A DNA stretch of 64,000 nt. Source: a virus (lineage: Duplodnaviria > Caudoviricetes). The position numbers and the translations under genes were made by a program. Shown piece by piece: positions 50,511 to 58,681 of this stretch (position 1 is the first letter of the stretch; each line of letters opens with the position of its first letter). The DNA lies in IMG/VR virus record IMGVR_UViG_3300018012_000099. The stretch is one strand, 5' to 3'. The notes under the pieces are model-generated. The model saw only the letters and a list, made by a program, of their open reading frames with translations. It was not told where the DNA came from and made no database searches.

Positions 50511-51227
50511 ATGTCTAAATACGATTTCGCCCTAGATATGAAAACAGATAACTCTCTTTCTGTTATTCTCAGAAATATGAAACTAAACTCTACCGTATTA
50601 GAGGTGGGTCCTGCCCATGGTCGTATGACCAAGTATATGAAGGAGACCCTCAATTGTAATGTAGATATTGTGGAAATTGATGAAGAAGCCGGCAATGTGG
50701 CAAAACAATGGGCAAGGAATGCTTATTTAGGGCCGCGACTCGGCGACATCGAACGAGAAATTGAACTACATCCAATTGGAAAGGGTAGTATATTTAATTT
50801 AATTGCAAATCACGGCACTTTTGACTATATAATTTTTGCCGATGTATTAGAGCACTTAGTAAATCCAGATAAAGTGTTGTCCAATTCAAAACAAGTATTA
50901 AATAAAGATGGTTCTGTTTGGATCTCTATCCCTAACATAGCTTATAATGGCGTTATCCTGGAATTGATGAACGATCAATTTACCTATCGAGAAACTGGTC
51001 TGCTAGATAATACTCACCTTCGTTTTTTCACTATGAACTCTCTAGATAAAATGGTTAAGAAGTGTGGATTCAGGATTAATTTTGAACATAATTTGCAGAA
51101 TAAGGTTAATTTTTCCGAGTTTAAAGATGCTTATACTAAGGTTCCACCGGCAATAGCGTCTTTCCTTAAATTTAGACCTGGCGGAGAAGTTTACCAAATG
51201 ATATGGGAGCTAAAGGTTAATGAATAA
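50511..51227 (+). CDS. Class I SAM-dependent methyltransferase (glycan-cluster type)
   Basis: VLEVGPAHG, FDYIIFADVLEHLVNP, ISIPN and GLLDNTHLRFFT. Confidence 0.9.
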   Translation: MSKYDFALDMKTDNSLSVILRNMKLNSTVLEVGPAHGRMTKYMKETLNCNVDIVEIDEEAGNVAKQWARNAYLGPRLGDIEREIELHPIGKGSIFNLIANHGTFDYIIFADVLEHLVNPDKVLSNSKQVLNKDGSVWISIPNIAYNGVILELMNDQFTYRETGLLDNTHLRFFTMNSLDKMVKKCGFRINFEHNLQNKVNFSEFKDAYTKVPPAIASFLKFRPGGEVYQMIWELKVNE

Positions 51228-51942
51228 AGTACTCAGCATTATCATTCCGGTTTTCAACAAATACAATTTCACTAAAGCCTGTCTACAAGACCTTGCCAAA
51301 CTGCCCGAGGATCATCAAATTATCGTAGTGGATAACGGAAGTAGCGACGAGACCCAACGCGAGCTAGAGAAAAATAAAAAAATTACCTATCATCGTGAGT
51401 CGGTCAATTTAGGATTTGCCAAGGCGTGCAACGAAGGTTATAGTATAGCAGTCGCGCCGAACATTCTATTTTTAAACAACGACATTCGCGTGAAAACCAA
51501 CCATGAAGGTTGGACTCAAGAACTGATCAAATGGTGCTCGCAGGGCTTAGTAGGACCCACCATGGGGCAATTAGATAACGAGTTGAACTTCGTACAAGAA
51601 GCCAATCGATCCCTCCCAGGTAAATCTTACATGTCAGGTTGGTGCCTTGCATCTTCCAAAGAAATTTGGGACAAACTGGAAATTAGACGAGATACCACGA
51701 TCCTCTACGATCGAACTCCAGCCCCTCAAATATTCTCGGAAGAATTTGGTTTAGCATATTTTGAGGATACGGATCTCTCATTTAGAGCTAGGAAGTTGGG
51801 AATTGCTATGCAGGTCATAGACATGCCAGTGGTTCATTTTGGCAAGCAAACCAGTCGTCAATTAAATACACATCAGTTGTATAAACAAGCAAGACAAATC
51901 TTTGTCAAGAAGTGGAGTAAGGATAATGCCAGAGGGTCCTGA
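51220..51942 (+). CDS. Glycosyltransferase family 2 (GT-A)
   Basis: SIIIPVFN, VVDNGSSD, NLGFAKACNEG, LFLNND and YFEDTDL. Confidence 0.9.
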   Translation: MNKVLSIIIPVFNKYNFTKACLQDLAKLPEDHQIIVVDNGSSDETQRELEKNKKITYHRESVNLGFAKACNEGYSIAVAPNILFLNNDIRVKTNHEGWTQELIKWCSQGLVGPTMGQLDNELNFVQEANRSLPGKSYMSGWCLASSKEIWDKLEIRRDTTILYDRTPAPQIFSEEFGLAYFEDTDLSFRARKLGIAMQVIDMPVVHFGKQTSRQLNTHQLYKQARQIFVKKWSKDNARGS

Positions 51943-52726
51943 GGTGCGTCTAAGTGTGGAATTAATTCGTCCATTAGTTGTGGGAAAAACTACTGCTGTC
52001 TTTTCTATGCATGGCAGATATCAAAAGACTAATCCAGAAGGACTGGATGCGTTCAAAAACAAATCACCAGTTCTTGATGTAAAAACCAAAGGTAAATTCA
52101 TGTATTGGGTTTTCGAGGATGAATGGTATATGTTTTGCACCTTTGGAATGAGTGGTCAGTGGAGCCCTAAAAGAGGCAAACACCCAGCTCTCGGTATTGA
52201 GTTTACTGATGGAAGTAAAGTGTACTTTAATGATCCGCGCCATTTTGGAACCATTAAATTCGTTCACGGTGAAGCTAACCTCAAAAAGAAACTAGCAGAA
52301 TTAGGTTGGGACCCTTTCGATGGTGCTACAGATTTTAATATTCTGTGGGTTGAATCTAAGATCAAATCTTCTAATAAAACAATTGGCGAAATATTGATGA
52401 ACCAATCTATATTTGCAGGTGTGGGTAATTATATTCGTGCTGAAGCATTATATATATCCAAAATATCTCCTTGGCGTACTGCTAATAGTTTATTGGATGA
52501 AGAGATTTATTCTCTTTGTGATAATATCGTAATTATTATGCAAGAATCATACAAACATCAGGGCGCCACTATCCATACTTATGCTACGCCATATGGTGAA
52601 GAAGGTAAGTATTCTAGTTGTTTTAAAGTTTATGGTCAAAAACAAGATCCATTAGGTAATCCGATTAAGAAAGAAACTACACCAGAAGGCAGAGCTATCC
52701 ATTGGTGTCCAGCAGTACAAAGTTAA
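51926..52726 (+). CDS. nei: Fpg/Nei DNA glycosylase/AP lyase (Nei1-type, zincless finger)
   Basis: N-terminal MPEGPEV (catalytic Pro2/Glu3), KGKFMY, FNDPRHFG, H2TH LMNQSIFAGVGNYIRAEALY and C-terminal GRAIHWCPAVQ. Confidence 0.92.
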   Translation: MPEGPEVRLSVELIRPLVVGKTTAVFSMHGRYQKTNPEGLDAFKNKSPVLDVKTKGKFMYWVFEDEWYMFCTFGMSGQWSPKRGKHPALGIEFTDGSKVYFNDPRHFGTIKFVHGEANLKKKLAELGWDPFDGATDFNILWVESKIKSSNKTIGEILMNQSIFAGVGNYIRAEALYISKISPWRTANSLLDEEIYSLCDNIVIIMQESYKHQGATIHTYATPYGEEGKYSSCFKVYGQKQDPLGNPIKKETTPEGRAIHWCPAVQS

Positions 52727-52734
52727 GGTGTAAG

Positions 52735-53742
52735 ATGAATACAACATTAGGAAAGATTTTAGTCATAGTGGGATTATTTCTCACGTTAGGGGCGTTGGGA
52801 TTTGTGATTTACAATCAGCATCAAATCTCTGTGCAGCAAACAGCCATCCAAACGGAACAGGTAGTGCAGCGCCAACTGATTGATGGTATTGTACGCAGCC
52901 AAACTAGCTGGGCAACACAACAAGATGTTGCTAATTTGCTGGCAGCTAATGGTGTCAATGCGGATGCTCTCAAAGCCATTCAGAACGATTTGAATACTCT
53001 TAATGCCTCAGTGACCACTGCCAATGTAGTTACTGTCAACAGTCAGGGGCAAAGTGTGACGGGGCAGCCAAGCACTGGTAAGGGCACGACAAATCCTAAT
53101 CCTCCTGGACCGCCCCCTGCCGGTTGTCCCTCTACTGATCCTTTCGGATTTATGCAAGCTCAGCAAACTTATCAGTTGAATGAAGATTTTGGTAATGTTA
53201 AAGTTCCCTTCGGAACAGTAGGTTTCTCCGCCTTTCAGGCTCAACCCTGGAGTGCCACTATTCCGTCGCGCACCTATACCGTGGATAATGTTATCGGTAC
53301 GGATGAAAATCAGAGAAACTATGTATATAGTCAAGTCAACATTCAAACAAATGGCAAGACTTATACGGTGCCCATTGCCTCTTCTACCACTAAACAAGTG
53401 TATCCAACCGCTAAGTTTAGCTTCTGGAACCCAAGGCTCTTATTGGGTGCGGATGGTGGTATCAACCTCAATCATGTCAGGGGTGAGTTTACTCCAAGCA
53501 TTAACGTAGGTATCATGAGCTATGGACAGTATAAAACAACTCCCGATTGGTCCATTCTAGAGGTGGGTGCTGGTTGGCAAGCCGTTAATGGAAAACCATC
53601 TTTGGTAGTTACTCCAGTGGCTTACAACGTGGGTCGTAATGTCTTCTCGCCGCTAATGAATAATACCTATGTAGCTCCCTCTGTTTCGGTCGCTTCTGAT
53701 GCCACGTGGACCGTTAGTGGCGGTCTTAGGGTAGGTTTCTAA
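52735..53742 (+). CDS. Membrane protein: N-terminal TM anchor, coiled coil, C-terminal beta-strands ending in Phe (spanin-like candidate)
   Basis: ILVIVGLFLTLGALGFVIY TM segment, helical Gln/Ala segment and amphipathic strands ending VSGGLRVGF*. ATG 52735 is preferred. Confidence 0.5.
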   Translation: MNTTLGKILVIVGLFLTLGALGFVIYNQHQISVQQTAIQTEQVVQRQLIDGIVRSQTSWATQQDVANLLAANGVNADALKAIQNDLNTLNASVTTANVVTVNSQGQSVTGQPSTGKGTTNPNPPGPPPAGCPSTDPFGFMQAQQTYQLNEDFGNVKVPFGTVGFSAFQAQPWSATIPSRTYTVDNVIGTDENQRNYVYSQVNIQTNGKTYTVPIASSTTKQVYPTAKFSFWNPRLLLGADGGINLNHVRGEFTPSINVGIMSYGQYKTTPDWSILEVGAGWQAVNGKPSLVVTPVAYNVGRNVFSPLMNNTYVAPSVSVASDATWTVSGGLRVGF

Positions 53743-54569
53743 TGTTACATATCCTCACTCTCACTTGGAACGGTGTAGATAAATTAACTAAATTGCATCA
53801 GTCCTTAATTCCAGCTCTAGGAAACTCTTCTTATACCTGGCATATCAAAGATAATGGATCTACAGACAATACAGTGGAAATAGTTAAGTCCTGGGAAAGT
53901 AATATTAGAGTTCTTCCTTATAAGGATAATAGACAAAACTTTGCAGAAGGTATGAACTATCTTTTTCATGACGTTTCGCCGCCCGATAATGATTTAATAA
54001 TGTTGCTCAATAATGATGTGATTTTTAATGACACTACCTCTATTGGTAACATGATGAATATCATTCAGAAAGATTCTACTGTTGGGGCTGTGGGCGCCAG
54101 ATTACTCTATACTAATACCGATAAGCTCCAGCATGCGGGTGTTGTCTTTGACAAACAGTACAAAACCCCCATGCACTTTCGTAGAGGGCAAGTTTCAGAT
54201 GAAATAGCGGAGAAGAATAGATTATTTCAGGTAGTTACAGGTGCCGTTTTGATTACCCGCCCTAGTGCCTATCGTGAAGTATGCAAAACCAACAAGTCAG
54301 GTTTGCCAGGTATGGATGAGAAATTTCATTGGGCATTTGATGATGTAGATTTATGTCTCTCTATCAACTACAAGCAGAAGAAAAAAATTGTCTACTGTGG
54401 CGACACTAATATTTTTCATGAAGAAAGTGCTACCCTTAAAAAACATCCAGCTAACAAACTTTTCCTTAATCACAATCTTTTGTATCTTTTTGAAAAGTGG
54501 CAAAAGACGTACACAATAGATGGGGATATATATGCTCACGACACTAGACACAATTTGTATCGTGGGTGA
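53742..54569 (+). CDS. Glycosyltransferase family 2 (GT-A)
   Basis: IKDNGSTD, NFAEGMN, LLNNDV, VGARLLY...LQHAG, VTGAVL and AFDDVDLCL. Confidence 0.9.
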   Translation: MLHILTLTWNGVDKLTKLHQSLIPALGNSSYTWHIKDNGSTDNTVEIVKSWESNIRVLPYKDNRQNFAEGMNYLFHDVSPPDNDLIMLLNNDVIFNDTTSIGNMMNIIQKDSTVGAVGARLLYTNTDKLQHAGVVFDKQYKTPMHFRRGQVSDEIAEKNRLFQVVTGAVLITRPSAYREVCKTNKSGLPGMDEKFHWAFDDVDLCLSINYKQKKKIVYCGDTNIFHEESATLKKHPANKLFLNHNLLYLFEKWQKTYTIDGDIYAHDTRHNLYRG

Positions 54570-54571
54570 GT

Positions 54572-55540
54572 ATGAGCAAGAAGATTCTCGTTACGGGTTC
54601 TTGTGGATTTATTTTAGGAAATTACGTTCGCAAAGCCATCTACAGTCAAAAGAAAGAAGCTGATAGGGATACCTTCATCAGTATCGATAGAGTTACAGCT
54701 AACAACTTGAACTCTATGTATTGGAACCAGAACCACAAGTTCTATCCAGCTGATATTCGTGATAATCATGTCATGGATATCATCTTTCAGCGCGAGCAAC
54801 CCGAGATTGTTATTCATGGTGCTGCCGAAACCTTTGTCGATACATCGCTTAGTGATCCGAATTCTTTTGTTACCTCTAATGTATTGGGAACTCAAGTAGT
54901 TATTAATTGCTGTCTTAAACATAATGTTAAGAAATTGGTTTACATCTCTACGGATGAGGTATATGGGCAACTGACCAGCGAGAAAGATATTGCCTGGACC
55001 GAGGAGGCGCCGTTAGACCCTAGGAACCCCTATTCAGCTTCTAAAGCGGCTGGGGAGATGCTGGTCAAAGCAGCCAACGCCAGCCATGGGTTAATTTATA
55101 ACATTACTAGAAGCTCCAACAACTATGGACCCCGCCAGCTCCCCGAGAAGCTGATTCCCAAGGCGATAAAGTGCATCCTGACTGGTCAAAAAATTCCTAT
55201 TTATGGAGAAGGTAAACAGATTCGAGATTGGACCTACGTAGATGACAATTGTAGCGCCATTTCTACGATAGTGGAGAAGGGCGCTTCCAATGAAACTTAT
55301 AACATTTCTGCCCATCAGGAGTTCACTAATATTGAAGTCATCCAGGCAGTATGTAATGCTATGAATGAAGGGTATCAACTTATCTCCTTTATCCCAGATC
55401 CCCGTCCTGGTCACGATTTTCGCTACGCAGTAGATACTTCTAAGCTACAAGCTTTGGGGTGGAAACCTTCCTATAAGCTTAAGGGCGGGCTGGAGGAGAC
55501 GGTGAATTGGTATAAGTTGAACCAGTGGTTTTTGAAGTGA
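54572..55540 (+). CDS. rmlB: dTDP-glucose 4,6-dehydratase-like NAD-dependent epimerase/dehydratase
   Basis: LVTGSCGFI, HGAAETFVD, STDEVYG, YSASK, NNYGPRQLPEKLIP, RDWTYV and RPGHDFRYA. Confidence 0.88.
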   Translation: MSKKILVTGSCGFILGNYVRKAIYSQKKEADRDTFISIDRVTANNLNSMYWNQNHKFYPADIRDNHVMDIIFQREQPEIVIHGAAETFVDTSLSDPNSFVTSNVLGTQVVINCCLKHNVKKLVYISTDEVYGQLTSEKDIAWTEEAPLDPRNPYSASKAAGEMLVKAANASHGLIYNITRSSNNYGPRQLPEKLIPKAIKCILTGQKIPIYGEGKQIRDWTYVDDNCSAISTIVEKGASNETYNISAHQEFTNIEVIQAVCNAMNEGYQLISFIPDPRPGHDFRYAVDTSKLQALGWKPSYKLKGGLEETVNWYKLNQWFLK

Positions 55541-55546
55541 TATAAT
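55517..55546 (+). promoter_or_regulatory. Sigma70-type promoter upstream of the tubulin gene
   Basis: TTGAAC (55517-22), 18-nt spacer, TATAAT (55541-46) with extended -10 TG. SD AAGGAG follows at about 55555. Confidence 0.65.
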
Positions 55547-55566
55547 AGGACGCAAGGAGAAAGAGA

Positions 55567-56928
55567 ATGCCAGCAACATCAGTAACGGAACAGGGAAAAC
55601 CAGAAGAAATAGTAGATAACATGCCTAATACAGAAGTTAAAACAGAAGATAAAATGGATGCTAGCAAGTTGGCGGCGCTAAAAGCCAAAAGTGAAACCAA
55701 ACAACAGGAGAGTAAGATGGCAGCTAAGATCGTATCAAGAAAAGAAAGAAGTATTGCTTTAGGTGTAGTAGGATCGGGTCAAGCCGGCTCTAGATTAGCT
55801 GAAGCTTTTTATCAGCTAGGCTACGATACAGTAGCTATCAATACTGCCATGCAAGATTTAAAATTTATTAACATTCCAGATGCCAACAAACTATTGTTAG
55901 AGCACGGTTTGGGTGGAGCGGCTAAAGAAATTGAAATTGGTCGTGCGGCAGCCGAATCGCATCGTGGCGAAATTCTTCAAATGCTGAACGATAAGTTAGC
56001 TGGTTCCCAGATTAATTTACTCTGCCTTTCTTTAGGGGGCGGTTCGGGAGCAGGTTCTTGTGAAACTTTGGTTGACGTTCTGTCTGGCACAGGTAAGCCA
56101 CTAGTAGTAATTACTGTGCTCCCGATGGATAATGAAGATGCTCAAACTAAGACTAACGCGTTAGAAACTCTTTCTAAGTTAGCTAGAATGGCTCAAAATA
56201 AAAAGATTAATAACCTAATTGTAGTTGATAACGCTAAACTAGAAGTTATCTACCATAACGTTAGTCAAATGGAATTCTTCGGTGTTGCTAACAAGGCAAT
56301 TGTAGAGCCTATCGATATTTTTAATACGCTCTCTTCCATGCCATCCTCCGTCAAAGGACTTGATCCTATGGAGTGGGGCAAGCTATTCACTGATGGTGAA
56401 GGTTTGACGGTTTATGGGGAATTGACTGTGGATAACTTTTCTGAAGACACCGCTATTGCCGAAGCAGTGGTTAACAATTTGAATGGTAATTTGTTAGCTG
56501 GTGGTTTTGATCTTAAACAATCGAGATATGTGGGCGTAATTATTGCTGCCAACAAAGAGGTTTGGGCAAAGATTCCAAGCTCTAGTATCACTTATGCTAT
56601 GGCTATGATCAATGATCAATGTGGTACTCCTAAGGGAGTTTTCAAAGGTATTTACACCGTAGAAACTCCTGACCCTGTTGTCAAAGTATACAGTATGTTC
56701 AGCGGTCTCGGTTTGCCAGAGTCCCGCGTCACTCAGCTCAAGAAGGAAGCTCACGAGCACACCACCGCTGTCAAGAACAAGGATGAAGCTCGTAACCTCA
56801 ATCTACAATTGGAAACGGGCACTAACGAAACGGTTTCTGCGGCACAAAAGATCAAAGATAAGATGGCTGCCAAATCTTCTGCTTTTGGTAAACTGGTTGG
56901 AGGGGTGGTAGATAGGCGCAAACAATGA
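55567..56928 (+). CDS. Tubulin/FtsZ-family GTPase (PhuZ/TubZ-like)
   Basis: GVVGSGQAGSRLA, AINTAMQD, signature loop LGGGSGAG, VVDNAKL and T7-like GLDPME. Confidence 0.9.
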   Translation: MPATSVTEQGKPEEIVDNMPNTEVKTEDKMDASKLAALKAKSETKQQESKMAAKIVSRKERSIALGVVGSGQAGSRLAEAFYQLGYDTVAINTAMQDLKFINIPDANKLLLEHGLGGAAKEIEIGRAAAESHRGEILQMLNDKLAGSQINLLCLSLGGGSGAGSCETLVDVLSGTGKPLVVITVLPMDNEDAQTKTNALETLSKLARMAQNKKINNLIVVDNAKLEVIYHNVSQMEFFGVANKAIVEPIDIFNTLSSMPSSVKGLDPMEWGKLFTDGEGLTVYGELTVDNFSEDTAIAEAVVNNLNGNLLAGGFDLKQSRYVGVIIAANKEVWAKIPSSSITYAMAMINDQCGTPKGVFKGIYTVETPDPVVKVYSMFSGLGLPESRVTQLKKEAHEHTTAVKNKDEARNLNLQLETGTNETVSAAQKIKDKMAAKSSAFGKLVGGVVDRRKQ

Positions 56929-56988
56929 GTAGTCTATACTGGATTTATTGTCTAGAGAATAAAATCGATGAAAAATATAGGAAAAGTA

Positions 56989-57267
56989 ATGAATCAGGAC
57001 AATAAACATAGAATGGTATCCCTTTTAGGTAGTTGCCTAAATAAACTAGTAACCGTTTATACAGATGCGGGAACCAACTATACTGGTGTGTTGAAAGAGA
57101 TTAAACCAGAAATTATTGATAACTACATAATATTAAGCACCTGGGATTCTTCTTCTCAAAAAGTAGATGGTTCTAAAATAGTCTCTTTTTACTGTGGCGA
57201 AGATGGGCTTAACCTGGAAGTAAGAGAGCTTATTGGAAAGTTTTATGAGAATAGGAGAAAGTCATAA
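56989..57267 (+). CDS. Small Sm/Hfq-like fold protein A
   Basis: VTVYTDAGTNYTGVLKEI...NYIILST...VDGSKIVSF resembles the Sm1/Sm2 pattern. Paralog of 57870..58094. Confidence 0.55.
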   Translation: MNQDNKHRMVSLLGSCLNKLVTVYTDAGTNYTGVLKEIKPEIIDNYIILSTWDSSSQKVDGSKIVSFYCGEDGLNLEVRELIGKFYENRRKS

Positions 57268-57551
57268 TGGAAATTTTAGAATCGGACAAATTCTATGATG
57301 TATTGGCTAAATTAGATGGTACGGAAGTTACCGTATACACTACCCACGGGAAAAATTTTAGTGGTCTTTTGCATTTTTCACGCAACAGTTTTGTGGTGGA
57401 ACTTATTCCGACCGATAAATGGGAATTAAAGCGATATGGCTCTTCTTTTGTTCCAATTGGTGTTGTCTTTGCTGCACGCGAATTAAAACCGTGCAGTTCT
57501 GATGAATCTAAAGATGATGGTTGTGATGACTGCGATGAAAGCAAAGGTTAA
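57267..57551 (+). CDS. Small Sm/Hfq-like fold protein B
   Basis: VTVYTTHGKNFSGLL...VVELIP...YGSSFVPIGVVFAARE. Translationally coupled (TAATG). Confidence 0.5.
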   Translation: MEILESDKFYDVLAKLDGTEVTVYTTHGKNFSGLLHFSRNSFVVELIPTDKWELKRYGSSFVPIGVVFAARELKPCSSDESKDDGCDDCDESKG

Positions 57552-57553
57552 AG

Positions 57554-57862
57554 ATGGAATCGGATATTCTTAAGAATTTTATCAAACAAGACGTGGAAAT
57601 ATTGGTGGGAGGCGTGTGGATCGAAGGTTATTTGCTCCCTATCGTCAAAAACATCGTGACATTAGTTCCAATTGGATTAGCTAAAGAACATTATGGACCT
57701 ACCGCTTGCAAAATGGAAGTTATCCAGGCTATTAGGCAGGTGAGAAGACCAGCGCAGACCAATTCCGCCGTTCCCAACGATCCGTCCCCTCCGGCATCAG
57801 TTCGTTCCGGTTTTGAAGCAGCTCAACAAGGTCACCCCGGTAACCGATTTGTCCATAAATAA
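57554..57862 (+). CDS. Small Sm/Hfq-like fold protein C
   Basis: VEILVGGVWIEGYLL...IVTLVP...YGPTACKMEVIQAIRQ, similar to protein B. Confidence 0.5.
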   Translation: MESDILKNFIKQDVEILVGGVWIEGYLLPIVKNIVTLVPIGLAKEHYGPTACKMEVIQAIRQVRRPAQTNSAVPNDPSPPASVRSGFEAAQQGHPGNRFVHK

Positions 57863-57869
57863 GGAGAAA

Positions 57870-58094
57870 ATGATGAGACAGAATGAACATAGGATGGTAT
57901 CTCTAATTGGTAACTATTTAAGTAAAAATGTCAGCATAAATATAAGCGGTGGCACCGTGCTTTATGGCAAATTACTGGAAATAAAACCAGAAAAAATTGA
58001 TAATTATTTAATTCTTGAAACAAGCTTTGGAACAAGATATGTGGATGCATCACGCATAGAATCTTTTGCAATTGATGAACACAAGCCGGAATAA
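57870..58094 (+). CDS. Small Sm/Hfq-like fold protein D
   Basis: HRMVSLIG...VSINISGGTVLYGKLLEIKPEKIDNYLILET...VDASRIESF. SD AAGGAG before ATG 57870. Confidence 0.55.
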   Translation: MMRQNEHRMVSLIGNYLSKNVSINISGGTVLYGKLLEIKPEKIDNYLILETSFGTRYVDASRIESFAIDEHKPE

Positions 58095-58108
58095 TTACAC
58101 ATTATTGT

Positions 58109-58681
58109 ATGTCTCAATGCACAATTTATCTACTTAAAAATACCATTAATTCTAAAGTTTACGTAGGTCAAACTTGGTATACTTTGCCAGAACGATGGAA
58201 AGGCGGTGCTGGTTACGTGCACTGTGCATATTTACATAATGCAATCAATAAATATGGTGCTGATAAATTTTGCTACGAAATTTTAGCTACCACCTCTAAT
58301 CAAGAAAATGCCGATTATCTCGAAGATTATTACATCAATTATTTTGACAGTCGTAACAAGGATAAAGGATATAATATTAGAGAAGGTGGCAGTCGTGGCA
58401 AAAATTCTGATGAAACTATAATTAAAATGTCCAAGGCGCAAATGGGTGAGAAAAATGCTATGTTTGGCAAACGTCACTCACCAGATACTAAAAAATTGAT
58501 GTCGGAAAATAGAGAAGATAGTAGCGGTGAGAAAAATCCTAGAGCGGTTCTCACTGAAAAATTAGTAGAAGAAATTAGAATTGATACCAGATCTGAAAGA
58601 GTTATAGCAAAAGAATATGGCGTATCTCGATCTACCATTAACAGTATCAAACGTGGTATAAATTGGAGAAACAATGGCTAA
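58109..58681 (+). CDS. GIY-YIG homing endonuclease with NUMOD3-like and HTH segments
   Basis: TIYLLKNTINSKVYVGQT, GYNIREGG, NAMFGKRHSPDTKKLMSE and IAKEYGVSRSTINSI. Confidence 0.88.
   Translation: MSQCTIYLLKNTINSKVYVGQTWYTLPERWKGGAGYVHCAYLHNAINKYGADKFCYEILATTSNQENADYLEDYYINYFDSRNKDKGYNIREGGSRGKNSDETIIKMSKAQMGEKNAMFGKRHSPDTKKLMSENREDSSGEKNPRAVLTEKLVEEIRIDTRSERVIAKEYGVSRSTINSIKRGINWRNNG

Noticed and set aside
55567-56928. Calling the tubulin bona fide host ftsZ, or inferring a phage nucleus
   Set aside because: It lacks the dcw context and FtsZ-specific NxDFAD loop and C-terminal peptide. No chimallin-like gene is recognisable here, so nucleus formation cannot be claimed.
58109-58681. GIY-YIG endonuclease as part of a group I intron
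   Set aside because: The flanking genes (Sm-like D and the endolysin) are each complete, and no split gene or intron core was recognised. It appears free-standing.
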